Shown here: piece after piece, positions 20,641 through 30,228 of the stretch | Numbering within the stretch: position 1 is the stretch's first letter | Layout of the letters: every line of letters starts with the position of its first letter | Source of the DNA: Candidatus Latescibacterota bacterium | GTDB lineage: Bacteria; Latescibacterota; CBDEFO01 | Assembly (NCBI GenBank): GCA_965248755.1 | Contig: OZ252149.1 | Location: forward strand, 4,448,001 to 4,512,000 | Direction of reading: 5' to 3' | DNA: 64,000 nt | Position numbers and translations under genes: made by a program | Notes under the pieces: generated by a model | What the model was told of the DNA's origin: nothing | Seen by the model: the letters and a program-made list of their open reading frames with translations, nothing else | Database searches by the model: none

Positions 20641-20879
20641 AGTAGGCAGCATATAGGGAGAGGCAGTCTGAGTGAGATTCTCTGGCTGATCTTCGGAGAC
20701 CCTTGGCTTGGTTCTGTGCCAGGGCTTTGGGCGTCCCCGACCCCCAATTGAGTCGCCGATAGACTCAATCGGGGACTCGCAATAGCTGAAGGTTGGAGCC
20801 AAAAATCGTCATTTCGAGGGATTAAAAACTCCGAAACAATCTGATGGGATAGGAGGAGGCGCCCCGACTACTGTCTACT
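20641..20879. repeat. Composite nested palindromic repeat cluster
   Basis: Outer AGTAGGCAG/CTGTCTACT inverted repeat, GAGATT..CTCGCAAT and GTCATTTCGAG..CAATCT units, inner CCCCGA..TCGGGGA. Confidence 0.65.
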
Positions 20880-20883
20880 ATTC

Positions 20884-22035
20884 ATGGTTCTATTAATCAT
20901 AACTCGATTGGACAAGGGCGGCTCTGCTGAGGCTGTGATGCAGCTTGCCGAGGGCTTGAGAAAAGACGGCTACAGCGTCAAACTCACAACAGGGAGGACG
21001 CTGGAACCTTATGAGGATATTGAGAGCTTTAGCAAGCGGACAGATGTGCCACTGATCTTGGTCGATGAACTCAGGAGGTCAATAAATCCGTACTGGGATC
21101 TGAAAGCTCTGCTCAGATTAAGGTATATTATCAGCAAGGAAAAGCCGGATATTGTCCACACCCACTCGTCGAAGGCGGGATTCTTAGGGAGATTAGCAGC
21201 CCGGTGGGCGGGCGCAACCACGATAATCCACTCCCCTCACGGCCACGTTTTCTACGGTTATTTTGGGAAGCTGAGGACAGAGCTATATATCCTTTTAGAA
21301 AGGTTGACAGCAAGGATTACAGATAGAGTGATCACGTTGACCGAAAGGGGGAAATGGGATCACGTCAGCTTAAAGGTGGGACCATCTGAGAAGTTTGAGA
21401 CGATATTTTGTGGGATAGATATAAGTAAATTCAAAGGGGCAGAGAGGGATAGAGAGTGGATCGAGACGGAATTGGGGATTCCGCGGGACTCATTATTGGC
21501 AGGATGGGTTGGTAGGCTGGTACCGATTAAAGGGTGTGAGCATTTTATCAGGGCGTGTAGTTTGGCGGTTAAGCAGAGGCCGGACGTTCGCTTTCTGATC
21601 GTAGGAGATGGGACTTTAAGGGGAGAATTGGAAGATCTGATGGGAAGTCTGCGTATGGAGAAAAGGATGGTCTTTGCAGGGGACAGGCGGGATGTCTCTG
21701 ATATCATGGCTTCGCTGGATCTCTTTGTATTATCTTCGCTGAACGAAGGCCTGGGGAGGGTGTTAATCGAGGCTATGGCGTGCGGTTTGTCGGTCGTGGC
21801 GACGGATGTAGGGGGGGTGGGAGATATTGTGGCAGACGGAGAAACGGGGCTGTTGGTTCCCCCCGCTGACTCAATTAGAATGTCTGAGGCTATGGTCAAG
21901 GTTCTGTCAGATTCCAGGCTGAGAGAAGGACTGGGAAGAGCAGGGGAGAAGAGGGCTGGAATCTTTGAGGTGGAAAAAACTCTCGAAAGGACGGAGGAAC
22001 TCTATTGTCGGCTTATAGACAAAAGATCACGATAG
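20884..22035 (+). CDS. GT4 glycosyltransferase
   Basis: 'HTHSSKAG', 'GRLVPIKG', 'EGLGRVLIEAMACG'. Confidence 0.92.
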   Translation: MVLLIITRLDKGGSAEAVMQLAEGLRKDGYSVKLTTGRTLEPYEDIESFSKRTDVPLILVDELRRSINPYWDLKALLRLRYIISKEKPDIVHTHSSKAGFLGRLAARWAGATTIIHSPHGHVFYGYFGKLRTELYILLERLTARITDRVITLTERGKWDHVSLKVGPSEKFETIFCGIDISKFKGAERDREWIETELGIPRDSLLAGWVGRLVPIKGCEHFIRACSLAVKQRPDVRFLIVGDGTLRGELEDLMGSLRMEKRMVFAGDRRDVSDIMASLDLFVLSSLNEGLGRVLIEAMACGLSVVATDVGGVGDIVADGETGLLVPPADSIRMSEAMVKVLSDSRLREGLGRAGEKRAGIFEVEKTLERTEELYCRLIDKRSR

Positions 22036-23525
22036 TTATAGTTGCGGCTGTGTCAGTGCTCATTCCCACGCTAATCTGGGCCCAGAACGTTGGGAGGGTT
22101 CCTTCGGTCGTTCACATAGATTCGGATGTAAGCGGCGGGGAGCTTTCTGTTCCTGAGCTTGCGGAGCTTATAGAGGAGAACGGACTTCAGGTGGCGATAT
22201 TCACTGATCACGATAATATGAGAGTGGAGTACGGCATTCCACCTTTCCGGAACATTTTAGGCTGGATAACCGGAACACTGACGGAGGAGGAATCTATCTT
22301 CACGTATGGGACTCAAGAATATGTGGATATGTTTGAGGAACTGAACGCCCAGAATCCCGGAACCGTGCTAATCCACGGCATAGAGGCTGTGCCGTTCTAT
22401 TACTGGGAGGGGAGTATCTTTGAGGGCCTTCTGCAGGCAAAGAACTGGCACGAGCATCTTTTGGTGATAGGACTGGAGAGTGCGGAGGACTACGATAATC
22501 TTCCGTCAATAGCCAAAGACTTTCCGGGACAGTACGATTTAGTCACCGTAATAATAAGTCTGTGGCCCATTGCGCTGATATTGCTGGCATATAATGTCTT
22601 TTTAAGGAGACCTCCAAAAGTATCGAAGAACGACTTTTTGAGGAGAAACGGCGGTATCAAGAGAGTGGTAGGGATATCGTTGGCAGTACTCGGAGCCTTG
22701 CTTCTGATTGAGAATTTTCCGTACCGTTATCCGATCTACGATCAGTACAGCGGTAACCTCGGGATCGCCCCTTATCAGCATCTGATAGACTATGTGAACG
22801 GGAGGGGTGGGATGGTGTTCTGGGCTCATCCTGAGGTGGACCAGAAGCTGTCCAGGGAGGCTCCGATTATAGGAAAGGTGGAGATAGTAACTGCGGCTTA
22901 TCAGAATGATCTTTTGGAGGCGAGGGATTACGCAGGGTTTGCGGCATTCTGGGAAGGAATGAAATATACGGCCGTCCCGGGAGGTGTCTGGGATAAGGTC
23001 CTTCTTGAGTACTGCAGGGGGGAAAGAGAAAGTCCCGTCTGGGCAATTGGTGAGTCGGACTTTGAGGGAGAGTTCGATCCCAAAGTTATAAGGGAGGTTT
23101 CGACTGTACTCTTGATAGATGAGGTGACCAGGGAGTCCGTTTTAGATGCTATGAGGAACGGGAAGATGTATGCGACGAGGAATTTCCTTGCAGATTATGT
23201 CATCATCGACGAGTTTTCCCTTAAAGATAGCCAGAATAGAGACGTCGTCGGATATTCCGGCGAGACGATCGAAGTTAAGGGAGATCCTGAGATAGTTTTA
23301 GCCATGACAGTGGTAGACAGGACTAATCTGCGAAAGAAACTGAACGTAGAGCTGATCAGAGAGGGGCAGGTTGTAAAGAGAGTCAAATGGGATTGGGATT
23401 CTCCCATCAAACTTGTGGACAAGGACGCCCCGCGCGGCGTCAAGACCTACTACAGAGCTTCTGTTTTGACAGGCAATTATTCTGTTATGGTCACGAATCC
23501 AATATTTGTGGAGACTTCGGAGTGA
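22005..23525 (+). CDS. PHP-domain metallophosphoesterase-like membrane protein
   Basis: Signal peptide, 'VHIDSDVSGG', 'FTDHD', 'WAHPE', 'GESDF', with two internal TMs. Confidence 0.7.
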   Translation: MSAYRQKITIVIVAAVSVLIPTLIWAQNVGRVPSVVHIDSDVSGGELSVPELAELIEENGLQVAIFTDHDNMRVEYGIPPFRNILGWITGTLTEEESIFTYGTQEYVDMFEELNAQNPGTVLIHGIEAVPFYYWEGSIFEGLLQAKNWHEHLLVIGLESAEDYDNLPSIAKDFPGQYDLVTVIISLWPIALILLAYNVFLRRPPKVSKNDFLRRNGGIKRVVGISLAVLGALLLIENFPYRYPIYDQYSGNLGIAPYQHLIDYVNGRGGMVFWAHPEVDQKLSREAPIIGKVEIVTAAYQNDLLEARDYAGFAAFWEGMKYTAVPGGVWDKVLLEYCRGERESPVWAIGESDFEGEFDPKVIREVSTVLLIDEVTRESVLDAMRNGKMYATRNFLADYVIIDEFSLKDSQNRDVVGYSGETIEVKGDPEIVLAMTVVDRTNLRKKLNVELIREGQVVKRVKWDWDSPIKLVDKDAPRGVKTYYRASVLTGNYSVMVTNPIFVETSE

Positions 23526-24202
23526 TTGCAGGCGCACATCAGCCTCAGTATCTCCCCTGGCTGGGCTATTTCGATAAGATAGATAGCTCTGACGTATTTG
23601 TGCTCTTAGATAATGTTCAGTATAAGAAGAACGAATGGCAAAACAGGAACAAGATCAAGACATCTTGTGGATGGCAGTGGCAGACAGTCCCCGTGCTTTA
23701 CAAGTTTCCCGAAAAGATCAACCGGGTCAGGATAAATAATAAAGAGAGGTGGAGAAGGAAGCATCTACAAGCTCTAATTTCCAACTATTCCAAGGCCCAG
23801 TTTTTTAAGGATCACATAGAATTTTGGGAGGAATTCTATTCGAGGGAATGGGAGATGCTTACTGACGTAAATATAGAGGCGGTCAGGTATCTTTCAAGGG
23901 TATTGGGGATTCAGACCGAAACTGTCATAGGGTCACATATGGATTTGAGCGACGATCAGACAGGCAGGCTGGTTGATATGTGCCTCCAATTGGGAGCGGA
24001 CACCTACCTTGCCGGTGCCGGAGCAGTGGACTATATGGATGTACGGAAATTTGAGGAAGCTGGGATAGAGGTCATCTTTCAGGATTTTAGGCATCCCCAA
24101 TATAGACAGTTGTTCGGAGAGTTCGAGCCGTATATGTCCGCGGTGGACCTGATTTTCAACTGTGGGGATAAGAGTCTGGACATTATAAGGGAAGGACAAT
24201 AA
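23522..24202 (+). CDS. WbqC family protein
   Basis: 'HQPQYLPWLGYFDKI', 'WQNRNKIKT', 'YL.G.G...Y'. GTG start at 23522 overlaps the upstream stop. Confidence 0.9.
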   Translation: MIAGAHQPQYLPWLGYFDKIDSSDVFVLLDNVQYKKNEWQNRNKIKTSCGWQWQTVPVLYKFPEKINRVRINNKERWRRKHLQALISNYSKAQFFKDHIEFWEEFYSREWEMLTDVNIEAVRYLSRVLGIQTETVIGSHMDLSDDQTGRLVDMCLQLGADTYLAGAGAVDYMDVRKFEEAGIEVIFQDFRHPQYRQLFGEFEPYMSAVDLIFNCGDKSLDIIREGQ

Positions 24203-24246
24203 GATCAGGACTATTCAGTTTTCTCAAGAAGCGCTGAAAAGCCTTT

Positions 24247-24319
24247 GAGATTGCGTGGAGGTTCGACGATGACAGGGCAAGACAAAAAAACGCCATTGCC
24301 AGCCAGGCGATGCAATCTC
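24247..24319. repeat. Degenerate REP-like inverted pair
   Basis: GAGATTGC...GATGACA / GCCATTGC...GCAATCTC. Confidence 0.6.
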
Positions 24320-24412
24320 AATGCATGATAACTGAGCGTTCCTGAGTTCAGAGTGTCGTTATGATCCTGAAATAAGACAGGAAACTGCTGACATCTATGA
24401 AGGAAAACATAA

Positions 24413-25054
24413 ATGAATATTCTGGCAATTGGAGCACATCCTGATGACATAGAGATAGGGTGCGGAGGTACACTGATAAAGTACAGTCAATGTGGCAACA
24501 ATATCTATCTTTTGATTATGACGGACGGGGGCATGGCGACAGATCCTGACATAAGGCGCAAGGAGCAGACAGCTTCCGCCCAGCTTATGGGAGCCAAGGA
24601 TGTCTTCTTCGCAAACTATAAAGACACTGAGCTTGTCTGTGACAGAGAGTTGATAGAGAGGATAGAGGAGACTGTGGTAGAAGTGGAGCCGGATATGATA
24701 TTCGTGCATTATCTTGAGGATACTCATCAGGATCATAGGAATCTGTCTCAGGCTACGGTTTCAGCGACCAGGTATATAGAAAACGTCCTCTTTTACGAAG
24801 GCCCGAGCACCGAGCAGAGCTTTATGCCGAGCGTATTTGTAAATGTTAAGAGTGTGTTGAATAAGAAGTTAGAACTTTTGGAGGCCCACGTATCCCAGGT
24901 GATGAGGGCCTCTGTGGGATGGTCATTAAGGGAGGACTCCAAGGAGATGTCCATAATTGATGTTGCAAGGTCCTTAGCTCGCTTCAGAGGTTGGCAGGGA
25001 AAAACCGAGTTTGCCGAGGGGTTCGTTCCGTCAAGGTTGTTCTTGGATATCTGA
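24413..25054 (+). CDS. PIG-L family deacetylase
   Basis: 'GAHPDDIEIGCGG', 'HQDH', 'AEGF'. Confidence 0.92.
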   Translation: MNILAIGAHPDDIEIGCGGTLIKYSQCGNNIYLLIMTDGGMATDPDIRRKEQTASAQLMGAKDVFFANYKDTELVCDRELIERIEETVVEVEPDMIFVHYLEDTHQDHRNLSQATVSATRYIENVLFYEGPSTEQSFMPSVFVNVKSVLNKKLELLEAHVSQVMRASVGWSLREDSKEMSIIDVARSLARFRGWQGKTEFAEGFVPSRLFLDI

Positions 25055-25083
25055 CCGAGGAGGCGAAGCAGCAGGAAAGCACA

Positions 25084-25767
25084 ATGGTCGAACAGGATAA
25101 CTTAAAAAGGATTGCAGGAGAAAGAGGCGCAGAATACGTAACAGACGGTATGGTAGTGGGATTGGGCACCGGTTCGACAGTCTATTACACGCTGATCAAA
25201 TTAGGTAAGATGATTCGCGAAGGTCTAAATATTGTCGGAATCCCGACATCTCTACAGACCGAGAGAATAGCCAAAGAGCAAAAGATAAGACTTTCGACGC
25301 TTGAGGAACATCCCAGGATAGATGTCACAATAGACGGAGCAGATGAAGTAGATCCAAACTTAAACCTGATCAAGGGCTTGGGTGGAGCTTTAGTGAGAGA
25401 AAAGGTAGTAGCCAAATCTTCGGAGCGTTTGATTATCGTGGTAGACGATAGCAAATTAGTCGAAAAATTGGGCATAAAATCGTCTCTTCCTGTGGAAGTC
25501 GTGTCCTTCGCCTGGGCCTCGGTTTTTGAGCATCTCAACGATATATGCAGTTTCCCGAGCCTGCGCAGAGAGCAAAACGACGATATTTTCCTCTCAGATA
25601 ACGGAAACTATATCATAGACTGCACATTTGGAGGCATAGATAATCCAGAAGAAGTCGAAAGAGAGATTAAGAGTATAACAGGCGTTATAGACAGCGGACT
25701 CTTCATAGGCATAGCAAATAGGGTGATCGTAGGCTCTGAAGGTGGAGCGAGAGTTTTGTGCCGATGA
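25084..25767 (+). CDS. rpiA: Ribose-5-phosphate isomerase A
   Basis: 'GLGTGST', 'DGADEVD', 'IKGLGGALVREKVVA', 'DNGNYIID'. Confidence 0.95.
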   Translation: MVEQDNLKRIAGERGAEYVTDGMVVGLGTGSTVYYTLIKLGKMIREGLNIVGIPTSLQTERIAKEQKIRLSTLEEHPRIDVTIDGADEVDPNLNLIKGLGGALVREKVVAKSSERLIIVVDDSKLVEKLGIKSSLPVEVVSFAWASVFEHLNDICSFPSLRREQNDDIFLSDNGNYIIDCTFGGIDNPEEVEREIKSITGVIDSGLFIGIANRVIVGSEGGARVLCR

Positions 25768-26816
25768 GTGAGATTATTGGGCATTCCAGACCGACTCTGG
25801 GTATTGAAGAAGTAGAGGCCGTGCGCGATGTCCTCCTTTCAGGGCAAATTGCTCAAGGGGCGTGTGTAAGCAGATTCGAAAGAAAGATGGCGGAGTTTGT
25901 GGGCAGGAGTAGTGGTGTTGCTACAAGTTCAGGGACCGCAGCTCTGCACCTGGCTCTTCTGGCTCTGGGAACAGGAGAAGGGCATGAGGTAATCATCCCG
26001 ACTTATGTGTGTACTGCGCTGTTGAACGCTGTAAACTACGTGGGTGCACACGCTGTAGTTGCAGATATTGACCCTCGCAGTTATAATATATGCCCTAATG
26101 ACGTAAGAAAGAGAATTACAAGGAGGACAAAGGCGATAATTCTGCCGCATATGTTTGGACTCCCTGCGGATGTAGATGAAATTCTAAAGATAGGAATCCC
26201 AGTCATAGAGGACTTTGCACTGAGTGTGGGGGCCCTTTATAAGGGCAAGAGAGTAGGGGGCTTCGGAGCCATTTCGATTGTTTCTTTCTATGCCACAAAG
26301 ATGTTGGGGACAGGGGAAGGTGGGATGGCCCTTTCAAACGATAAGGGTGCACTGAATAAAATGAAGGATTTGAGAGAGTACGATAATAAAAAGGACTATA
26401 AAGTCCGGTACAATTACAAAATGGCGGATATGGTGGGAGCTTTGGGGATTGCTCAGTTGAAGAAGCTTCCGGAATTCCTGCGAAGAAGAAAAGAAATAGC
26501 AAATAGATTCAACTGTGAATTTAAGACTCTAACAATTGCCCTCCCAATCAGTTATGAGGACAGAGATCATGTCTTCTATAGATATGTGGTGGATATTGGC
26601 AGGAAATCTGGAGAATTCATAGAGGCTATGGGAAAAAGGAAGATTACGTGCGCCCGGCCTGTGCATCTGCCTATACACGGGTATCTGGGATTGGTGGATT
26701 GTCCGAACGCGGATACGGCGTGGGAAGGAGCTGTATCGCTCCCGATCTATCCATCTATGTCTGAGGGCGAGGCGAACAGGATTGTGGAGGCGGTAAGGGA
26801 TTTGCTAACACTGTAG
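25764..26816 (+). CDS. DegT/DnrJ/EryC1/StrS aminotransferase
   Basis: 'SSGTAALHLAL', 'SFYATKML.TGEGG', 'SLPIYP'. Confidence 0.92.
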   Translation: MSEIIGHSRPTLGIEEVEAVRDVLLSGQIAQGACVSRFERKMAEFVGRSSGVATSSGTAALHLALLALGTGEGHEVIIPTYVCTALLNAVNYVGAHAVVADIDPRSYNICPNDVRKRITRRTKAIILPHMFGLPADVDEILKIGIPVIEDFALSVGALYKGKRVGGFGAISIVSFYATKMLGTGEGGMALSNDKGALNKMKDLREYDNKKDYKVRYNYKMADMVGALGIAQLKKLPEFLRRRKEIANRFNCEFKTLTIALPISYEDRDHVFYRYVVDIGRKSGEFIEAMGKRKITCARPVHLPIHGYLGLVDCPNADTAWEGAVSLPIYPSMSEGEANRIVEAVRDLLTL

Positions 26817-26866
26817 CGGCCTGGGTATCGCCCTGGTTGAATAGGATCCTTGAGGGATCATACAAG

Positions 26867-28096
26867 ATGGAGAGACAGAAAGAGAAATATCAAAAAGCAG
26901 GACACAAATCGATCTTTGTAGTGGTATTTTTCTTAGTGTTGATGCTACTTGCCATGTTTGTGTTGTCGCCAGGTATTAAAGGGATTTTCTTGGATCATGG
27001 TCTTAAATGGCTCTATATCCTTGCTTTCTCATTCTTTGTATCTTTCCTTGTGACTCCACTTGTGAGACTCTCGGTTTTGAGGATCGGCGTGCTGGATAAT
27101 CCCGATACACGGAAGATCCATACAGACCCTATCCCGCTTTTGGGAGGCATAGCGATATATGTAGCTTTTACGGCTACTGTGGCTAACAATTTGGATTTTT
27201 CCGACAATCTCAAGGGAATCATCATAGGCGCGACAATGCTTATGTTGTGCGGCATGGCGGACGATGTTGTAGGTGTTTCTGCGAAGTTGAAACTACTGGT
27301 TCAAATAACAGCTTCTCTCGTCATGTCGTGGTTCGGCATTAAGTTCGATTTCCTACCGAACACGCTGATGGGGAACATAGGCGAAGTAGCGATCACCGCC
27401 TTTTGGGTTGTGGGAATTACGAACGCCTTAAACTTTTTTGATGGAATGGACGGACTCGCAGTGGGCATCACCGCTATAATGGCATTTTTTATAGGTCTTT
27501 TTGCGATTCAGGCAGATGGACAGAACCATCTGATGCTCCTGTCTTTATCGCTTATGGGAAGTTGCTTAGGATTCTTGCCGTACAATTTCAGGTTGCGAGG
27601 ACCTGCAACGATATTTATAGGAGATACAGGGAGCATGTTGTTGGGGTTTTCCATAGCTGCGATGGCGGTGATGGGAGTGTGGGGAACTGTAATTGTAGAT
27701 GGAGCGGAGAGAAATGACCCGGTCAAGGCCTTCAGCGTTCCCATTTTAATAATGGGGGTCTTGATCTTTGATATGATATACACGACTGTAGAGAGAATAG
27801 TAACAGAAAAAGTGTCTAATTTTAGAGAATGGATAGATTATACAGGGAAGGATCATCTACATCACAGGCTGAACGCTTTGGGGTTGAGCAGAAGGCAAAG
27901 TGTTCTTTTCATCTACCTTATGTGTACGGGACTGGGACTTTCCGCAATAGCGTTGAAAAACGGCAGACCGATAGATTCTCTGCTCTTGATCATTCAGGCT
28001 ATAGTAGTCTCTTTAGCTATTCTAATACTTATGGTTAGAGGAGCAAAGAATCTTGAGGAAAAGGTGGAACGTCAAGAAAACAAGGTGAGGCTTTGA
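26867..28096 (+). CDS. WecA/TagO-like undecaprenyl-phosphate GlcNAc-1-P transferase (MraY family)
   Basis: 'RKIH..PIPLLGG', 'DD', 'NALNFFDGMDGLA', 'FIGDTGS', 'HLHHRL'. Confidence 0.9.
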   Translation: MERQKEKYQKAGHKSIFVVVFFLVLMLLAMFVLSPGIKGIFLDHGLKWLYILAFSFFVSFLVTPLVRLSVLRIGVLDNPDTRKIHTDPIPLLGGIAIYVAFTATVANNLDFSDNLKGIIIGATMLMLCGMADDVVGVSAKLKLLVQITASLVMSWFGIKFDFLPNTLMGNIGEVAITAFWVVGITNALNFFDGMDGLAVGITAIMAFFIGLFAIQADGQNHLMLLSLSLMGSCLGFLPYNFRLRGPATIFIGDTGSMLLGFSIAAMAVMGVWGTVIVDGAERNDPVKAFSVPILIMGVLIFDMIYTTVERIVTEKVSNFREWIDYTGKDHLHHRLNALGLSRRQSVLFIYLMCTGLGLSAIALKNGRPIDSLLLIIQAIVVSLAILILMVRGAKNLEEKVERQENKVRL

Positions 28097-28395
28097 TGGA
28101 AGATGAAGAGATTCTAATGGGGGATGAAGGACGATACGAGTTTGTGGAAGTGGCAAGTTTCCCAAGCATGATATACGCGGAGATGGCGAAGGAGATCCTG
28201 GAAAACAACGGGATTCCGTGTGCGATCCAGGGAGATGCTTTAAATACAGCTTACGGAATGAAAGGGACGGGAATAGGAGTACAGGCAGTTATAGTTGTCT
28301 CCCAATTAGATATGGAGGAGGCGAAGGATGTCCTAGGCGGAATTATAGATAGCCAGGACGGTGACTATCTTTATGATGATGAGCAGTTTTTATAA
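28093..28395 (+). CDS. DUF2007-like small protein
   Basis: 'AEMAKEILENNGIPC...V...D.EEAK.VL' pattern. Confidence 0.7.
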   Translation: MMEDEEILMGDEGRYEFVEVASFPSMIYAEMAKEILENNGIPCAIQGDALNTAYGMKGTGIGVQAVIVVSQLDMEEAKDVLGGIIDSQDGDYLYDDEQFL

Positions 28396-28424
28396 ATATT
28401 GTAATGTGACAGAAAAATATACGA

Positions 28425-29213
28425 TTGCTAAAGAGAGAAAATATGGAAAGGAAAAAAAGCTTTAATAGTCTTTTACGAAGAGGCTCGCCGTACTTAGGTG
28501 TCTTTACGTATCTCTTATTCGGCACAGATGCATACGGAGGCACATTCAACTATAACGCATTTGAGAAGACCTTGCACGAATACGTAAAGGACGGAAGAGT
28601 CGATTATGAGAGGTTGAAAAAGAGCAAATCTATGGATATTCATATATCGCAACTGGCGAAGGCCCATCTGGGAAGTTTGAAGACAAGAGCGCAGAGATTG
28701 ACGTTCTGGATCAACGCTTACAACGCTCTGGCGATAAAGGGTGTCCTGGATAATTACCCCTTAAAGAGCGTGATGGACGTTGAGGGCTTCTTCGATAAGG
28801 TTAAATATGAGATCGCTGGCGTAGAGTACACGCTCAACGATATAGAGAACAGCGTTATAAGGCCGATTTTCGAAGATCCGCGGATCCATTTTGCATTGGT
28901 GTGCGCGTCTTTAAGTTGTCCAAACATAGAGGGCAACGCCTTTAAGCCGGAGGATCTGGACAAGGAGTTAGATGAAGCCGGGCGTAAGTTTTTGCAGGAC
29001 AGTTCAAAGAACAAGATAGATAAGGATAAGGGGATCGTCTATCTTTCCAAGATATTCGAGTGGTATGCACAAGATTTTATCAAATCTTCTGGATCGGTTC
29101 TGGAGTTTGTAAGGGACAATTTTTCGGATGAGGACAGGAACTATCTTAGAGGAAGAGACTTGAAAGTAGAGTTTTGGGAGTACGACTGGAATCTGAATGA
29201 CAAGGTCAATTAA
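28425..29213 (+). CDS. DUF547 domain protein
   Basis: 'FWINAYNA', 'DPRIHFALVCASLSCP', 'LSKIF.WY..DF', 'YDWNLN'. Confidence 0.92.
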   Translation: MLKRENMERKKSFNSLLRRGSPYLGVFTYLLFGTDAYGGTFNYNAFEKTLHEYVKDGRVDYERLKKSKSMDIHISQLAKAHLGSLKTRAQRLTFWINAYNALAIKGVLDNYPLKSVMDVEGFFDKVKYEIAGVEYTLNDIENSVIRPIFEDPRIHFALVCASLSCPNIEGNAFKPEDLDKELDEAGRKFLQDSSKNKIDKDKGIVYLSKIFEWYAQDFIKSSGSVLEFVRDNFSDEDRNYLRGRDLKVEFWEYDWNLNDKVN

Positions 29214-29227
29214 AGAGGGAAGTAGAT

Positions 29228-29416
29228 GTGACTAAACAGGAGCGTTTGAAGCAGCATCGTTTAAGACTGGCCCGGTATCAGAGCATGCTCAAGGATGTGG
29301 ATAATCTGATCCAAAATCTGAGGCAGGACAGAGAGTTTTTACAAGAGCAGATCGAATCGGAAGAGGAGTCAATAGATAGGTTAGTTGAAGAACTCGTTCA
29401 GACGGCCAGCAGTTAG
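29228..29416 (+). CDS. Small coiled-coil hypothetical protein
   Basis: 62 aa heptad-like sequence with a purine-rich RBS. Confidence 0.5.
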   Translation: MTKQERLKQHRLRLARYQSMLKDVDNLIQNLRQDREFLQEQIESEEESIDRLVEELVQTASS

Positions 29417-29593
29417 CAGATCCGCCAATTGTTTATGCCATTTTGACTGATGTAGCTGTCGTATCAACAGCAAGTATGTAATAATGGCAGTAACATCGGA
29501 TTTCTGTGGTCTCCCTTCTCCGCTCTCTATATCTTTACTTAAGATCACTATACACAAATAGTTATTAAAACAAAATAACACCTCCTGTTCTTT

Positions 29594-29609
29594 TGGCACG
29601 AGACTTGCA
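29594..29609 (+). promoter_or_regulatory. Sigma54 (-24/-12) promoter
   Basis: TGGCACG-AGAC-TTGCA, an exact consensus ~90 bp upstream of the Hsp20 start. Confidence 0.8.
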
Positions 29610-29697
29610 TGTATAAAAGCACGGAAGCAGGTTAAGAAAGAAACTCGGAAGTTGAAACGAACAACGGATTTGAGGTACTTAACAGGAGGTGTTAAAA

Positions 29698-30150
29698 ATG
29701 GCATTAGTAAAGTGGCATCCTTTGAGCAGGTTGTCAGTCTTCGACAATCTCTTCAGAGCCAATTTTGACGACTTCTTTGGCTTCAGGCTCCCATCAGTAT
29801 CCAGAGATAGCTTCTCAGGGAGCTCGGAACCGAGGGTTGATATAAAAGAGACCAATGATGAGATCACAATATCAGCCGAGCTTCCGGGGATTGACCGGAA
29901 GGACATAAAGGTCGAGGTTAAGGACAATGTCCTTTCGATAAGTGGAGAAAAGAAGGCCGAAAGCGAGGATGAAGGCGAGGGCTACTACCGCAGGGAGAGC
30001 AACTACGGGAAGTTCTACAGAGCATTCAGGATCCCTGAGGGGATAGATGTCGAGAAATCTCAGTCCAAGTTCAAGGACGGCGTTTTGATAATCAGTCTGA
30101 CCAAGCCTGAGGAAGTAAAGCCTAAGGCGATAGAGATCAAGGTTGAATAA
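29698..30150 (+). CDS. Hsp20/alpha-crystallin small heat shock protein
   Basis: 'PRVDIKE...AELPG', 'LSISGEK', 'YGKFYRAF', 'KDGVL'. AGGAGG SD. Confidence 0.95.
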   Translation: MALVKWHPLSRLSVFDNLFRANFDDFFGFRLPSVSRDSFSGSSEPRVDIKETNDEITISAELPGIDRKDIKVEVKDNVLSISGEKKAESEDEGEGYYRRESNYGKFYRAFRIPEGIDVEKSQSKFKDGVLIISLTKPEEVKPKAIEIKVE

Positions 30151-30168
30151 CCCGTAAGCTGTAAGTTT

Positions 30169-30208
30169 AAGGCTCCTCTCCTGGGAAACCGGGAGGGGAG
30201 CCTTTTTA
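30169..30208 (+). terminator. Rho-independent terminator (likely bidirectional) between convergent genes
   Basis: AAGGCTCCTCTCCTGG-GAAA-CCGGGAGGGGAGCCTT followed by a T-run. Confidence 0.85.
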
Positions 30209-30228
30209 TATGCCGCTTGTTGAGTATC

